This document shows, piece after piece, positions 52,666 through 64,000 of a stretch of DNA of 64,000 nucleotides. The notes beneath the pieces were generated by a model. It did no database searches. It saw only the letters and a program-made list of their open reading frames with translations, and was not told the DNA's origin. The number at the start of each line of letters is the position of its first letter. Positions within the stretch are counted from its first letter, which is position 1. Made by a program: the position numbers and the translations under genes. The stretch is from Eledone cirrhosa (Eukaryota), in the NCBI GenBank assembly GCA_964016885.1, contig OZ024742.1:135222001-135286000 (forward strand). Direction: 5' to 3'.

Positions 52666-54899
52666 AGGTAGGGGTAGTGATGCTGGTGTAGTGTTGTTAC
52701 TGGTAGTAAGTGTGGTGAGGTAGAAGTAGTGATGGTGGTGTAGTGTTGTTACTGGTAGTAAGTGTGGTGAGGTAGAAGTAGTGATGGTGGTGTAGTGTTG
52801 TTACTGGTAGTAAGAGTGGTAAGGTAGAGCTAGAGATGGTGGTATAGTGTTGTTACTGGTAGTAAGTGTGGTGAGGTAGAGGTAGTGATGGTGGTGTAGT
52901 GTTGTTACTGGTAGTAAGTGTGGTGAGGTAGAGGTAGTGATGGTGGTGTAGTGTTGTTACTGGTAGTAAGTGTGGTGAGGTAGGGGTAGTGATGGTGGTG
53001 TAGTGTTGTTACTCGTAGTAAGTGTGGTGAGGTAGAAGTAGTGATGGTGGTGTAGTGTTGTTACTGGTAGTAAGTGTGGTGCGTTAGAGGTAGTGATGGT
53101 GTTGTAGTTTTGTTACTGGTAGTAAGAGTGGTGAGGTAGAGGTAGTGATGGTGTTGTAGTCTTGTTACTGGTAGTAAGTGTGGTGAGGTAGAGGTAGTGA
53201 TGGTGGTCTAGTGATGGTGGTGTAGTGTTGTTACTGGTAGTAAGTGTGGTGAGGTAGAGGTAGTGATGGTGGTGTAGTGTTGTTACTGGTAGTAAGTGTG
53301 GTGAGGTAGTGGTAGTGATGGTGGTGTAGTGTTGTTACTGGTAGTAAGTGTGGTGAGGTAGAGGTAGTGATGGTGGTGTAGTGTTGTTACTGGTAGTAAG
53401 AGTGGTGAGGTAGAGGTAGTGATGGTGGTGTAGTGTTGTCACTGGTAGTAAGAGTGGTGAGGTAGAGGTAGTGATGGTGGTGTAGTGTTGTTACTGGTAG
53501 TAAGTGTGGTGAGGTAGAGGTAGTGATGGTGGTGTAGTGTTGTTACTGGGAGTAGGAGTGGTGAGGTAGAAGTAGTGATGGTGGTGTAGTGTTGTTACTG
53601 GTAGTAAGTGTGGTGAGGTAGAGGTAGTGATGGTGGTGTAGTCTTGTTACTGGTAGTAAGAGTGGTGAGGTAGAGGTAGTGATGGTGGTGTAGTGTTGTT
53701 ACTGGTAGTAAGAGTTGTGAGGTAGAGGTAGTGATGGTGGTGTAGTGTTGTCACTGGTAGTAAGAGTGGTGAGGTAGAGGTAGTGATGGTGGTGTAGTGT
53801 TGTTACTGGTAGTAAGTGTGGTGAGGTAGAGGTAGTGATGGTGGTGTAGTGTTGTTACTGGTAGTAAGTGTGGTGAGGTAGAGGTAGTGATGGTGGTGTA
53901 GTGTTGTTACTGGTAGTAAGTCTGGTGAGGTAGAGGTTGTGATGATGGTGCAGTGTTGTTACTGGTAGTAAGTGTGGTGAGGTAGAGGTAGTGATGGTGG
54001 TGTAGTGTTGTTACTGGTAGTAGGTGTGGTGAGGTAGAGGTAGTGATGGTGGTGTAGTGTTGTTACTGGTAGTAAGTGTGGTGAGGTAGAGGTAGTTATG
54101 GTGGTGTAGTGTTGTTACTGGTAGTAGGAGTGGTGAAGTAGAGGTTGTGATGGTGGTGTAGTGTTGTTACTGGTAGTAAGTGTGGTGAGGTAGAGGTAGT
54201 GATGGTGGTGTAGTGTTGTTACTGGTAGTAGGAGTGGTGAGGTAGAGGTAGTGATGGTGTTGTAGTCTTGTTACTGGTAGTAAGTGTGGTGAGGTAGAGG
54301 TAGTGATGGTGGTGTAGTGATGGTGGTGTAGTGTTGTTACTGGTAGTAAGTGTGGTGAGGTAGAGGTAGTGATGGTGGTGTAGTGTTGTTACTGGTAGTA
54401 AGTGTGGTGAGGTAGTGGTAGTGATGGTGGTGTAGTGTTGTTACTGGTAGTAAGTGTGGTGAGGTAGAGGTAGTGATGGTGGTGTAGTGTTGTTACTGGT
54501 AGTAAGAGTGGTGAGGTAGAGGTAGTGATGGTGGTGTAGTGTTGTTACTGATAGTAGGTGTGGTGAGGTAGATGTAGTGATGGTGGTGTAGTGTTGTTAC
54601 TGGTAGTAAGTGTGGTGAGGTAGTGGTAGTGCTGGTTGTGTAGTGTTGTTACTGGTAGTAAGTGTGGTGAGGTAGAGGTAGTGATGGTGGTGTAGTGTTG
54701 TTACTGGTAGTAAGAGTGGTGAGGTAGAGGTAGTGATGGTGGTGTAGTGTTGTTACTGATAGTAGGTATGGTGAGGTAGATGTAGTGATGGTGGTGTAGT
54801 GTTGTTACTGGTAATAGGTGTGGTGGGGTAGATGTAGTGATGGTGGTGTAGTGTTGTTACTGGTAGTAGGAGTGGTGAGGTAGAGGTAGTGATGGTGGT

Positions 54900-57800
54900 A
54901 TAGTGTTGTTACTGGTAGTAAGTGTGGTGAAGTAGAGGTACTGATGGTGGTGTAGTGTTGTTACTGGGAGTAGGAGTGGTGAGGTAGAAGTAGTGATGGT
55001 GGTGTAGTGTTGTTACTGGTAGTAAGAGTGGTGAGGTAGAGGTAGTGATGGTGGTGTAGTGTTGTTACTGGTAGTAAGAGTGGTGAGGTAGTGGTAGTGA
55101 TGGTGGTGTAGTGTTGTTACTGGTAGTAAGTGTGGTGAGGTAGAGGTAGTGATGGTGGTGTAGTGTTGTTACTGGTAGTAAGTGTGGTGAGGTAGAGGTA
55201 GTGATGGTGGTGTAGTGTTGTTACTGTTAGTAGGTGTGGTGAGGTAGAGGTAGCGATGGTGGTGTAGTGTTGTTACTGGTAGTAAGAGTGGTGAGGTAGT
55301 GGTAGTGATGGTGGTGTAGGGTTGTTACTGGTAGTAAGTGTGGTGAGGTAGAGGTAGTGATGGTGGTGTAGTGTTGTTACTGGTAGTAAGTGTGGTGAGG
55401 TAGAGGTAGTGATGGTGGTGTAGTGTTGTTACTGGTAGTAAGAGTGGTTAGGTAGAGGTAGTGATGGTGGTGTAGTGTTGTTACTGGTAGTAAGAGTGGT
55501 TAGGTAGAGGTAGTGATGGTGGTGTAGTGTTGTTACTGGTAGTAAGAGTGGTTAGGTAGAGGTAGTGATGGTGGTGTAGTGTTGTTACTGGTAGTAAGAG
55601 TGGTTAGGTAGAGGTAGTGATGGTGGTGTAGTGTTGTTACTGGTAGTAAGTGTGGTGAGGTAGAGGTAGTGATGGTGGTGTAGTGTTGTTACAGGTAGTA
55701 GGTGTGGTGAGGTAGAGGTAGTGGTGGTGGTGTAGTGTTGTTACTGGTAGTAAGAGTGGTTAGGTAGAGGTAGTGATTGTGGTGTAGTGTTGTTACTGGT
55801 AGTAAGAGTGGTTAGGTAGAGGTAGTGATGGTGGTGTAGTGTTGTTACTGGTAGTAAGTGTGGTGAGGTAGTGATGGTGGTGTAGTGTTGTTACAGGTAG
55901 TAGGTGTGGTGAGGTAGAGGTAGTGGTGGTGGTGTAGTGTTGTTACTGGTAGTAAGTGTGGTAAGGTAGAGGTAGTGATGGTGGTGTAGTGTTGTTACTG
56001 GTAGTAATTTTGTTGAGGTAGAGGTAGTGATGGTGGTGTAGTGCTGTTACTGGTAGTAAGAGTGGTGAGGTAGAGGTAGTGATGGTGGTGTAGTGCTGGT
56101 GTTGTAGTGTTGTTACTGGTAGTAAGAGTGGTGAGGTAGAGGTAGTGATGGTGGTGTAGTGTTGTTACTGGTAGTAAGTGTGGTGAGGTAGAGGTAGTGA
56201 TGATGGTGTAGTGTTGTTACTGGTAGTAAGAGTGGTGAGGTAGAGGTAGTGATGGTGGTGTAGTGTTGTTACTGGTAGTAGGAGTGGTGAGGTAGAGATG
56301 GTGGTGTAGTGTTGTTACTGGCAGTAGGAGTGGTGAGGAAGAGGTAGAGATGGTGGTGTAGTGTTGTTACTGGTAGTAGGAGTGGTGAGGTAGAGATGGT
56401 GGTGTAGTGTTGTTACTGGTAGTAGGAGTGATGAGGTAGAGGTTTTGATGGTGGTGTAGTGTTGTTACTGGTAGTAAGTGTGGTGAGGTAGAGGTAGTGA
56501 TGTTGTTACTGGTAGTAGGTGTGGTGAGGTATAGGTAGTGATGGTGGTGTAGTGTTGTTACTGGTAGTAAGTGTGGTGAGGTAGAGGTAGCGATGGTGGT
56601 GTAGTGTTGTTACTGGTAGTAAGTGTGGTGAGGTAGAGGTAGCGATGGTGGTGTTGTGTTGTTACTGGTAGTAAGTGTGGTGAGGTAGAGGTAGTCATGG
56701 TGATGTAGTGTTGTTACTGGTAGTAAGTGTGGGGAAGTAGAGGTACTGATGGTGGTGTAGTGTTGTTACTGGGAGTAGGAGTGGTGAGGTAGAAGTAGTG
56801 ATGGTGGTGTAGTGTTGTTACTGGTAGTAAGAGTGGTGAGGTAGAGGTAGTGATGGTGGTGTAGTGTTGTTACTGGTAGTAAGAGTGGTGAGGTAGTGGT
56901 AGTGATGGTGGTGTAGTGTTGTTACTGGTAGTAAGTGTGGTGAGGTAGAGGTAGTGATGGTGGTGTAGTGTTGTTACTGGTAGTAAGTGTGGTGAGGTAG
57001 AGGTAGTGATGGTGGTGTAGTGTTGTTACTGTTAGTAGGTGTGGTGAGGTAGAGGTAGCGATGGTGGTGTAGTGTTGTTACTGGTAGTAAGAGTGGTGAG
57101 GTAGTGGTAGTGATGGTGGTGTAGTGTTGTTACTGGAAGTAAGTGTGGTGAGGTAGAGGTAGTGATGGTGGTGTAGTGTTGTTACTGGTAGTAAGAGTGG
57201 TTAGGTAGAGGTAGTGATGGTGGTGTAGTGTTGTTACTGGTAGTAAGAGTGGTTAGGTAGAGGTAGTGATGGTGGTGTAGTGTTGTTACTGGTAGTAAGA
57301 GTGGTTAGGTAGAGGTAGTGATGGTGGTGTAGTGTTGTTACTGGTAGTAAGTGTGGTGAGGTAGAGGTAGTCATGGTGGTGTAGTGTTGTTACAGGTAGT
57401 AGGTGTGGTGAGGTAGAGGTAGTGGTGGTGGTGTAGTGTTGTTACTGGTAGTAAGAGTGGTTAGGTAGAGGTAGTGATTGTGGTGTAGTGTTGTTACTGG
57501 TAGTAAGAGTGGTTAGGTAGAGGTAGTGATGGTGGTGTAGTGTTGTTACTGGTAGTAAGTGTGGTGAGGTAGTGATGGTGGTGTAGTGTTGTTACAGGTA
57601 GTAGGTGTGGTGAGGTAGAGGTAGTGGTGGTGGTGTAGTGTTGTTACTGGTAGTAAGTGTGGTAAGGTAGAGGTAGTGATGGTGGTGTAGTGTTGTTACT
57701 GGTAGTAATTTTGTTGAGGTAGAGGTAGTGATGGTGGTGTAGTGCTGTTACTGGTAGTAAGAGTGGTGAGGTAGAGGTAGTGATGGTGGTGTAGTGCTGG

Positions 57801-60800
57801 TGTTGTAGTGTTGTTACTGGTAGTAAGAGTGGTGAGGTAGAGGTAGTGATGGTGGTGTAGTGTTGTTACTGGTAGTAAGTGTGGTGAGGTAGAGGTAGTG
57901 ATGATGGTGTAGTGTTGTTACTGGTAGTAAGAGTGGTGAGGTAGAGGTAGTGATGGTGGTGTAGTGTTGTTACTGGTAGTAGGAGTGGTGAGGTAGAGAT
58001 GGTGGTGTAGTGTTGTTACTGGTAGTAGGAGTGGTGAGGAAGAGGTAGAGATGGTGGTGTAGTGTTGTTACTGGTAGTAGGAGTGGTGAGGTAGAGATGG
58101 TGGTGTAGTGTTGTTACTGGTAGTAGGAGTGATGAGGTAGAGGTTTTGATGGTGGTGTAGTGTTGTTACTGGTAGTAAGTGTGGTGAGGTAGAGGTAGTG
58201 ATGTTGTTACTGGTAGTAGGTGTGGTGAGGTATAGGTAGTGATGGTGGTGTAGTGTTGTTACTGGTAGTAAGTGTGGTGAGGTAGAGGTAGCGATGGTGG
58301 TGTAGTGTTGTTACTGGTAGTAAGTGTGGTGAGGTAGAGGTAGCGATGGTGGTGTTGTGTTGTTACTTGTAGTAAGTGTGGTGAGGTAGAGGTAGTCATG
58401 GTGATGTAGTGTTGTTACTGGTAGTAAGTGTGGGGAAGTAGAGGTACTGATGGTGGTGTAGTGTTGTTACTGGGAGTAGGAGTGGTGAGGTAGAAGTAGT
58501 GATGGTGGTGTAGTGTTGTTACTGGTAGTAAGAGTGGTGAGGTAGAGGTAGTGATGGTGGTGTAGTGTTGTTACTGGTAGTAAGAGTGGTGAGGTAGTGG
58601 TAGTGATGGTGGTGTAGTGTTGTTACTGGTAGTAAGTGTGGTGAGGTAGAGGTAGTGATGGTGGTGTAGTGTTGTTACTGGTAGTAAGTGTGGTGAGGTA
58701 GAGGTAGTGATGGTGGTGTAGTGTTGTTACTGTTAGTAGGTGTGGTGAGGTAGAGGTAGCGATGGTGGTGTAGTGTTGTTACTGGTAGTAAGTGTGGTGA
58801 GGTAGAGGTAGTGATGGTGGTGTAGTGTTGTTACTGGTAGTAAGTGTGGTGAGGTAGAGGTAGTGATGGTGGTGTAGTGTTGTTACTGGTAGTAAGTGTG
58901 GTTAGGTAGAGGTAGTGATGGTGGTGTAGTGTTGTTACTGGTAGTAAGAGTGGTTAGGTAGAGGTAGTGATGGTGGTGTAGTGTTGTTACTGGTAGTAAG
59001 AGTGGTTAGGTAGAGGTAGTGATGGTGGTGTAGTGTTGTTACTGGTAGTAAGAGTGGTTAGGTAGAGGTAGTGATGGTGGTGTAGTGTTGTTACTGGTAG
59101 TAAGTGTGGTGAGGTAGAGGTAGTGATGGTGGTGTAGTGTTGTTACAGGTAGTAGGTGTGGTGAGGTAGTGGTGGTGGTGTAGTGTTGTTACTGGTAGTA
59201 AGAGTGGTTAGGTAGAGGTAGTGATTGTGGTGTAGTGTTGTTACTGGTAGTAAGAGTGGTTAGGTAGAGGTAGTGATGGTGGTGTAGTGTTGTTACTGGT
59301 AGTAAGTGTGGTGAGGTAGTGATGGTGGTGTAGTGTTGTTACAGGTAGTAGGTGTGGTGAGGTAGAGGTAGTGGTGGTGGTGTAGTGTTGTTACTGGTAG
59401 TCAGTGTGGTAAGGTAGAGGTAGTGATGGTGGTGTAGTGTTGTTACTGGTAGTAAGTGTGGTGAGGTAGAGGTAGTGATGGTGGTGTAGTGTTGTTACAG
59501 GTAGTAGGTGTGGTGAGGTAGAGGTAGTGGTGGTGGTGTAGTGTTGTTACTGGTAGTAAGAGTGGTTAGGTAGAGGTAGTGATTGTGGTGTAGTGTTGTT
59601 ACTGGTAGTAAGAGTGGTTAGGTAGAGGTAGTGATGGTGGTGTAGTGTTGTTACTGGTAGTAAGTGTGGTGAGGTAGTGATGGTGGTGTAGTGTTGTTAC
59701 AGGTAGTAGGTGTGGTGAGGTAGAGGTAGTGGTGGTGGTGTAGTGTTGTTACTGGTAGTAAGTGTGGTAAGGTAGAGGTAGTGATGGTGGTGTAGTGTTG
59801 TTACTGGTAGTAATTTTGTTGAGGTAGAGGTAGTGATGGTGGTGTAGTGCTGTTACTGGTAGTAAGAGTGGTGAGGTAGAGGTAGTGATGGTGGTGTAGT
59901 GCTGGTGTTGTAGTGTTGTTACTGGTAGTAAGAGTGGTGAGGTAGAGGTAGTGATGGTGGTGTAGTGTTGTTACTGGTAGTAAGTGTGGTGAGGTAGAGG
60001 TAGTGATGATGGTGTAGTGTTGTTACTGGTAGTACGAGTGGTGAGGAAGAGGTAGAGATGGTGGTGTAGTGTTGTTACTGGTAGTAGGAGTGGTGAGGTA
60101 GAGATGGTGGTGTAGTGTTGTTACTGGTAGTAGGAGTGATGAGGTAGAGGTATTGATGGTGGTGTAGTGTTGTTACTGGTAGTAAGTGTGGTGAGGTAGA
60201 GGTAGTGATGTTGTTACTGGTAGTAGGTGTGGTGAGGTATAGGTAGTGATGGTGGTGTAGTGTTGTTACTGGTAGTAAGTGTGGTGAGGTAGAGGTAGCG
60301 ATGGTGGTGTAGTGTTGTTACTGGTAGTAAGTGTGGTGAGGTAGAGGTAGCGATGGTGGTGTTGTGTTGTTACTGGTAGTAAGTGTGGTGAGGTAGAGGT
60401 AGTCATGGTGATGTAGTGTTGTTACTGGTAGTAAGTGTGGTGAAGTAGAGGTACTGATGGTGGTGTAGTGTTGTTACTGGGAGTAGGAGTGGTGAGGTAG
60501 AAGTAGTGATGGTGGTGTAGTGTTGTTACTGGTAGTAAGAGTGGTGAGGTAGAGGTAGTGATGGTGGTGTAGTGTTGTTACTGGTAGTAAGAGTGGTGAG
60601 GTAGTGGTAGTGATGGTGGTGTAGTGTTGTTACTGGTAGTAAGTGTGGTGAGGTAGAGGTAGTGATGGTGGTGTAGTGTTGTTACTGGTAGTAAGTGTGG
60701 TGAGGTAGAGGTAGTGATGGTGGTGTAGTGTTGTTACTGTTAGTAGGTGTGGTGAGGTAGAGGTAGCGATGGTGGTGTAGTGTTGTTACTGGTAGTAAGA

Positions 60801-63800
60801 GTGGTGAGATAGTGGTAGTGATGGTGGTGTAGTGTTGTTACTGGTAGTAAGTGTGGTGAGGTAGAGGTAGTGATGGTGGTGTAGTGTTGTTACTGGTAGT
60901 AAGTGTGGTGAGGTAGAGGTAGTGATGGTGGTGTAGTGTTGTTACTGGTAGTAAGTGTGGTTAGGTAGAGGTAGTGATGGTGGTGTAGTGTTGTTACTGG
61001 TAGTAAGTGTGGTAAGGTAGAGGTAGTGATGGTGGTGTAGTGTTGTTACTGGTAGTAATTTTGTTGAGGTAGAGGTAGTGATGGTGGTGTAGTGCTGTTA
61101 CTGGTAGTAAGAGTGGTGAGGTAGAGGTAGTGATGGTGGTGTAGTGCTGGTGTTGTAGTGTTGTTACTGGTAGTAAGAGTGGTGAGGTAGAGGTAGTGAT
61201 GGTGGTGTAGTGTTGTTACTGGTAGTAAGTGTGGTGAGGTAGAGGTAGTGATGATGGTGTAGTGTTGTTACTGGTAGTAAGAGTGGTGAGGTAGAGGTAG
61301 TGATGGTGGTGTAGTGTTGTTACTGGTAGTAGGAGTGGTGAGGTAGAGATGGTGGTGTAGTGTTGTTACTGGTAGTAGGAGTGGTGAGGAAGAGGTAGAG
61401 ATGGTGGTGTAGTGTTGTTACTGGTAGTAGGAGTGGTGAGGTAGAGATGGTGGTGTAGTGTTGTTACTGGTAGTAGGAGTGATGAGGTAGAGGTTTTGAT
61501 GGTGGTGTAGTGTTGTTACTGGTAGTAAGTGTGGTGAGGTAGAGGTAGTGATGTTGTTACTGGTAGTAGGTGTGGTGAGGTATAGGTAGTGATGGTGGTG
61601 TAGTGTTGTTACTGGTAGTAAGTGTGGTGAGGTAGAGGTAGCGATGGTGGTGTAGTGTTGTTACTGGTAGTAAGTGTGGTGAGGTAGAGGTAGCGATGGT
61701 GGTGTTGTGTTGTTACTTGTAGTAAGTGTGGTGAGGTAGAGGTAGTCATGGTGATGTAGTGTTGTTACTGGTAGTAAGTGTGGGGAAGTAGAGGTACTGA
61801 TGGTGGTGTAGTGTTGTTACTGGGAGTAGGAGTGGTGAGGTAGAAGTAGTGATGGTGGTGTAGTGTTGTTACTGGTAGTAAGAGTGGTGAGGTAGAGGTA
61901 GTGATGGTGGTGTAGTGTTGTTACTGGTAGTAAGAGTGGTGAGGTAGTGGTAGTGATGGTGGTGTAGTGTTGTTACTGGTAGTAAGTGTGGTGAGGTAGA
62001 GGTAGTGATGGTGGTGTAGTGTTGTTACTGGTAGTAAGTGTGGTGAGGTAGAGGTAGTGATGGTGGTGTAGTGTTGTTACTGTTAGTAGGTGTGGTGAGG
62101 TAGAGGTAGCGATGGTGGTGTAGTGTTGTTACTGGTAGTAAGTGTGGTGAGGTAGAGGTAGTGATGGTGGTGTAGTGTTGTTACTGGTAGTAAGTGTGGT
62201 GAGGTAGAGGTAGTGATGGTGGTGTAGTGTTGTTACTGGTAGTAAGTGTGGTTAGGTAGAGGTAGTGATGGTGGTGTAGTGTTGTTACTGGTAGTAAGAG
62301 TGGTTAGGTAGAGGTAGTGATGGTGGTGTAGTGTTGTTACTGGTAGTAAGAGTGGTTAGGTAGAGGTAGTGATGGTGGTGTAGTGTTGTTACTGGTAGTA
62401 AGAGTGGTTAGGTAGAGGTAGTGATGGTGGTGTAGTGTTGTTACTGGTAGTAAGTGTGGTGAGGTAGAGGTAGTGATGGTGGTGTAGTGTTGTTACAGGT
62501 AGTAGGTGTGGTGAGGTAGTGGTGGTGGTGTAGTGTTGTTACTGGTAGTAAGAGTGGTTAGGTAGAGGTAGTGATTGTGGTGTAGTGTTGTTACTGGTAG
62601 TAAGAGTGGTTAGGTAGAGGTAGTGATGGTGGTGTAGTGTTGTTACTGGTAGTAAGTGTGGTGAGGTAGTGATGGTGGTGTAGTGTTGTTACAGGTAGTA
62701 GGTGTGGTGAGGTAGAGGTAGTGGTGGTGGTGTAGTGTTGTTACTGGTAGTCAGTGTGGTAAGGTAGAGGTAGTGATGGTGGTGTAGTGTTGTTACTGGT
62801 AGTAAGTGTGGTGAGGTAGAGGTAGTGATGGTGGTGTAGTGTTGTTACAGGTAGTAGGTGTGGTGAGGTAGAGGTAGTGGTGGTGGTGTAGTGTTGTTAC
62901 TGGTAGTAAGAGTGGTTAGGTAGAGGTAGTGATTGTGGTGTAGTGTTGTTACTGGTAGTAAGAGTGGTTAGGTAGAGGTAGTGATGGTGGTGTAGTGTTG
63001 TTACTGGTAGTAAGTGTGGTGAGGTAGTGATGGTGGTGTAGTGTTGTTACAGGTAGTAGGTGTGGTGAGGTAGAGGTAGTGGTGGTGGTGTAGTGTTGTT
63101 ACTGGTAGTAAGTGTGGTAAGGTAGAGGTAGTGATGGTGGTGTAGTGTTGTTACTGGTAGTAATTTTGTTGAGGTAGAGGTAGTGATGGTGGTGTAGTGC
63201 TGTTACTGGTAGTAAGAGTGGTGAGGTAGAGGTAGTGATGGTGGTGTAGTGCTGGTGTTGTAGTGTTGTTACTGGTAGTAAGAGTGGTGAGGTAGAGGTA
63301 GTGATGGTGGTGTAGTGTTGTTACTGGTAGTAAGTGTGGTGAGGTAGAGGTAGTGATGATGGTGTAGTGTTGTTACTGGTAGTACGAGTGGTGAGGAAGA
63401 GGTAGAGATGGTGGTGTAGTGTTGTTACTGGTAGTAGGAGTGGTGAGGTAGAGATGGTGGTGTAGTGTTGTTACTGGTAGTAGGAGTGATGAGGTAGAGG
63501 TATTGATGGTGGTGTAGTGTTGTTACTGGTAGTAAGTGTGGTGAGGTAGAGGTAGTGATGTTGTTACTGGTAGTAGGTGTGGTGAGGTATAGGTAGTGAT
63601 GGTGGTGTAGTGTTGTTACTGGTAGTAAGTGTGGTGAGGTAGAGGTAGCGATGGTGGTGTAGTGTTGTTACTGGTAGTAAGTGTGGTGAGGTAGAGGTAG
63701 CGATGGTGGTGTTGTGTTGTTACTGGTAGTAAGTGTGGTGAGGTAGAGGTAGTCATGGTGATGTAGTGTTGTTACTGGTAGTAAGTGTGGTGAAGTAGAG

Positions 63801-64000
63801 GTACTGATGGTGGTGTAGTGTTGTTACTGGGAGTAGGAGTGGTGAGGTAGAAGTAGTGATGGTGGTGTAGTGTTGTTACTGGTAGTAAGAGTGGTGAGGT
63901 AGAGGTAGTGATGGTGGTGTAGTGTTGTTACTGGTAGTAAGAGTGGTGAGGTAGTGGTAGTGATGGTGGTGTAGTGTTGTTACTGGTAGTAAGTGTGGTG
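54900..64000. repeat. Distinct 3' sub-domain with a 1.2-2.1 kb higher-order repeat, about five copies
   Basis: The marker GTAGTGCTGGTGTTGTAG has its C at 56096, 57797, 59902, 61147 and 63252 (spacings 1701, 2105, 1245, 2105). Shared variants are GAGGAAGAGG, GGAGTGATGAGG, ACTGTTAGTAGG and AAGAGTGGTTAGG runs. Confidence 0.9.
57650..64000. repeat. 3350-bp tandem duplication (second copy truncated by the window end)
   Basis: Offset exactly 3350 for the TTACTTGTAG unit (58331/61681), GTAGTCAGTG (59401/62751) and AGTACGAGTG (60031/63381). Confidence 0.93.

Larger units (their letters stand above)
1..64000. repeat. 52-bp monomer satellite / giant minisatellite array, about 1,230 head-to-tail copies, open at both window ends
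   Basis: The unit starting GAGGTAGAGG at position 1 recurs at 53 and is still in register at 781 (15x52). The motif GTGTTGTTACTGGTAGTA recurs throughout, with no unique sequence or inversion seen. Copy number is estimated as 64000/52. Confidence 0.99.

Noticed and set aside
55440-55620. TTAGG arthropod telomere motif in GGTTAGG variants
   Set aside because: It is a single G>T substitution giving isolated pentamers 52 bp apart, never tandem (TTAGG)n.
1-64000. Mucin-like or adhesin-like Thr/Ser/Pro-rich CDS on the minus strand
   Set aside because: The 52-bp unit is not a multiple of 3. All frames cycle through QHYTTITTSTSPHLLPVTTLHHHHYLYLTTLTTSNNTTPPSLPLPHHTYYQ* with TAA every 156 nt, the consensus has no ATG, and indels of 1, 11 and 14 bp are tolerated and amplified. 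It would be open only if TAA were recoded (genetic code 6), for which there is no evidence here.
1-64000. CRISPR array
   Set aside because: There are no unique spacers; the whole unit repeats with only point or indel variants, and no cas genes or leader are present.
1-64000. Assignment to a named satellite family or organism
   Set aside because: I do not recognise the monomer. A BLASTN or Dfam/Repbase search of the consensus dimer would be needed.

Overview
The whole 64 kb window is one uninterrupted, single-orientation tandem array (about 1,230 copies) of a 52-bp monomer, consensus GAGGTAGAGGTAGTGATGGTGGTGTAGTGTTGTTACTGGTAGTAAGTGTGGT (23 G, 18 T, 10 A, 1 C). It runs off both ends. I see no unique sequence, gene, RNA gene, transposon or CRISPR spacer. 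It is best described as a satellite or giant minisatellite, probably eukaryotic; the organism cannot be determined from this window. It resembles a Thr-rich mucin repeat on the minus strand, but 52 is not a multiple of 3 and every frame of the consensus hits TAA each 156 nt. Diagnostic variants reveal nested organisation: 14-bp subrepeats, 41/45/46/51/53/66/80-bp length variants, a 98-bp dimer, a recurrent ordered ~1-1.4 kb cassette, and duplications with offsets of about 0.6, 0.85, 1.25-1.3, 3.35, 7.5 and 8.4 kb. The most striking observation is that the monomer resembles let-7: the minus strand of each consensus unit carries a let-7 8mer site (CUACCUCA) with extensive 3' complementarity. A minus-strand transcript could therefore be a very large let-7 decoy, but chance similarity between two G/T-rich sequences is a serious alternative. 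Block boundaries were read by eye and are approximate to about one monomer; offsets were counted from specific marker bases.
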